Shown in pieces: positions 61,701 to 64,000 of a stretch of 64,000 nucleotides of DNA. Each line of letters begins with the position of its first letter. The stretch's first letter is position 1. The stretch lies in NCBI RefSeq assembly GCF_001194135.2, contig NC_068981.1:40875193-40939192 (forward strand), read 5' to 3'. The translations under genes were made by a program, and so were the position numbers. Source of the DNA: Octopus bimaculoides. Its lineage: Eukaryota. Below the pieces are notes generated by a model. It worked only from the letters and a program-made list of their open reading frames with translations, did no database searches and was not told the DNA's origin.

Positions 61701-62604
61701 GTTATGGATTAATGTTTTTGTTATAGACAAAGTGGAAAATATAGAAAGTAAGATCCAGTTCAAATAGTGCTAAATGAGACCATAAATGATTTACTAAATT
61801 TATTTCCAAATTAAAAGGGAAAAAGGAGAGATTTGTCAAACTTCAATTTTATGAATTTCATGCATTGAAAATTATTACTCCTTGCTGCCCACTATTTTTA
61901 TTTTTTAATCCAGGTGGTTTTGCAAACTACACTTGTAAAGAAAGTCACCATATAGTCTGTCCACTTGAAAATCCCTTCTCTTCCATGTGTTTTTTTTTCT
62001 ACTTATTCATAAGAACAACAACTACCACTCTAACAACTACCTACCTGTCACCCTATCTTCCAATATCCCAAAAGTAATGAAAGAACAATTGTAAACAACC
62101 ACCACCTACCTCACCTCACTTTCATCCATTTCATAAACCAGCAGTATGGTCCCTGTAAATCCAGATTTTATGGAGATTTGCTCTCCTGTCATACTGCCTT
62201 GAAAACTTCAAACTATATCTGGTATGACAATTTCCTAGCTAAATGGGCTAAATCCATCTCTGTTCACTAGGATCAGTATTCTTATTCACTAATGATGATC
62301 TCTCTAATTCCTATTTCATTAATTTTGGTGTAGGTTAAACAATGGCTATATCTTGTAAACTGTTCATTAATGATCTATTTGATATCATTAATGTTTTAAT
62401 TGTTGTTTTAATACCACTCACTTTTATATGTATGATACTATTTAATCCTCTTAACCATCTGCACTCTGGATTCATTTATATGCAACCTGGATACCTTACA
62501 CTAAGCATTCACTGCTTCCAAGGACAATGACCTTGACAATATCCACCAATGGAGATTTGGTAACCAAGTCAAACTCAACCAACATTACACACATATTACA
62601 CATA

Positions 62605-63498
62605 TATGAGGTGGTATCAAAAAGTTCCCAGACTAGTTCTGTAGTGCGCCAACTGATGGCAGCACATGATTGCATGCACAGTGACAGCTGGCAGTGACCT
62701 TCATGAGACAGTGTGCCAAGTATCATCACTGTGTTTATTTTGCAAATTGTGAAGTTTGTGTTTTTGTGATCTGTGATTTTGTCATGGACTGGAACAAAGA
62801 GCTAACATGAAAATTTTGTGCTAAACTTGGGAAGTCTGCTACAGAGACATTAAGCATGCTTTGGCAAGCTTGCAGTGATGAGGCAATGGATTGTATGCAA
62901 TGTTTTGGGAGGCACAGGCATTTCAAAAGTGGAAGAACATCCCTGGAAGACAATGAGTGATCTGGAAGACCTGCCACAAGCGTCACCCCCAGAAATGTGG
63001 TATTGTGCATTGGGAATTCATCCCCCAGAGCCAGACCATCAATTGAGAGTTCTATTGCAATGTTTTGAAGCATTTAAGGGAGGACTTTCAATGAAAGCGA
63101 CCTGATTTATTGGGTGCAAAGAATTGGATTCTTCACGACGCCAAAGCACTCTGTCACAGAGCTCTCCTCACACATGTGTGTCTTGCCAAAAGTAACATGG
63201 TATTGCTTCTGAACTCGCCCTATTTGCCAGATTTAGCACCTGCGGACTTCCCTCTCTTCCTAAAGATGAAAATGCCATTTTAACACTGTTGTCAAAGTCT
63301 AGTGCGAATCACAGAAGGTCCTCAACTTGCTTATCGAAAATGACTTCCAGGCCAGATTTCAAAAGTGCCAGGAATGCTGGAACCAGTGTATTGCTGCACA
63401 AGGTGACTATTTTGAAGGAGATGATGCTAAAACTTAGGTAAATAAGTTATTTTTTATTAGACATAACTAGTCTGGGAACTTTTTGATTCCACAATGTA
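62605..63498 (+). mobile_element. Internally deleted mariner (different family)
   Basis: TIRs share TCAAAAAGTTCCCAGACTAGTT. Fragments KLGKSATETLSML...KSGRTSLEDN and SPYLPDLAPADFPLF. Confidence 0.85.
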
Positions 63499-63784
63499 TC
63501 TGGGAGAGTGCTGCTGCTACACACATGGAAACCTAAAAACCACTGTCTTCTGTGCCTTTCTATTTCTCTGAATTAACACACTACATTTTAACAAAGACCT
63601 ACTCAACATATCTTTCTTCCATTTGTTATTCTTACTTTACCTCATCAACCCATACTCCATACTAAACATTTTACCAGTTTGTTTATGTATTGGTTTTGCA
63701 AGATTCCTGATGTGAAATCATGTGTTGAAACAGGTATTGTTATATTTCAGGAGGATTTTTTTTTCTTTTTCAAATAAACACACG

Positions 63785-64000
63785 CACTGTTAGATGAGAT
63801 ACAGTTCAGTTTTGTGCCAGGTAGAAGCACCACTGATGCTATATTCCTGGTACGGCAACTGCAGGAGAAATACCTAGCCAAAGATAAACCCCCTATACTT
63901 GGCTTTTGTGGACTTGGAGACGATCCCTTATCTGGTGGGCAATGCGGAAACTGGGGAGTGACGAATGGTTAATAAGGGCAGTACAGGCCCTATACATAGA
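63785..64000 (+). mobile_element. RTE LINE reverse transcriptase (runs off window)
   Basis: LDEIQFSFVPGRSTTDAIFLVRQLQEKYLAKDK..LAFVDLE..WWAMRKLG..WLIRAVQALY. Confidence 0.85.

Overview
AT-rich animal genomic DNA with three N-gaps (6426-6435, 11485-11939, 32343-33247). The repeat landscape and long (TA)n/(CA)n tracts suggest a coleoid cephalopod, most likely Octopus; this is inference from recall, not a database result. The main feature is a complete 16-exon + strand gene for a CPA1-family Na+/H+ exchanger of the NHE8/SLC9A8 type: CDS 18376-52331, 1,944 nt spliced, 647 aa from the first ATG, with all intron phases consistent. Its intron 8 (42005-44329) is a U12-type minor-spliceosome intron. 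The rest is mostly decayed mobile DNA: about 20 copies of an RTE-LINE 3' module ending in (GAT)n, other RTE, CR1-like and R4/Dong-like LINE fragments, four mariner relics, Tc2/pogo, hAT and piggyBac-type MITEs, and tRNA-derived SINEs. The most unusual signals are (i) relic type-I hammerhead ribozyme motifs in NHE8 introns 1 and 9, with an architecture like Penelope-like elements or retrozymes, and (ii) a tandem array of about 60-62 nt two-hairpin modules with covarying stems in the RTE 3' UTR. Islands of retained CpG hint at a divergent gene to the left and another promoter near 59.3 kb, but I cannot identify those genes. I found no rRNA, true tRNA gene or CRISPR array.
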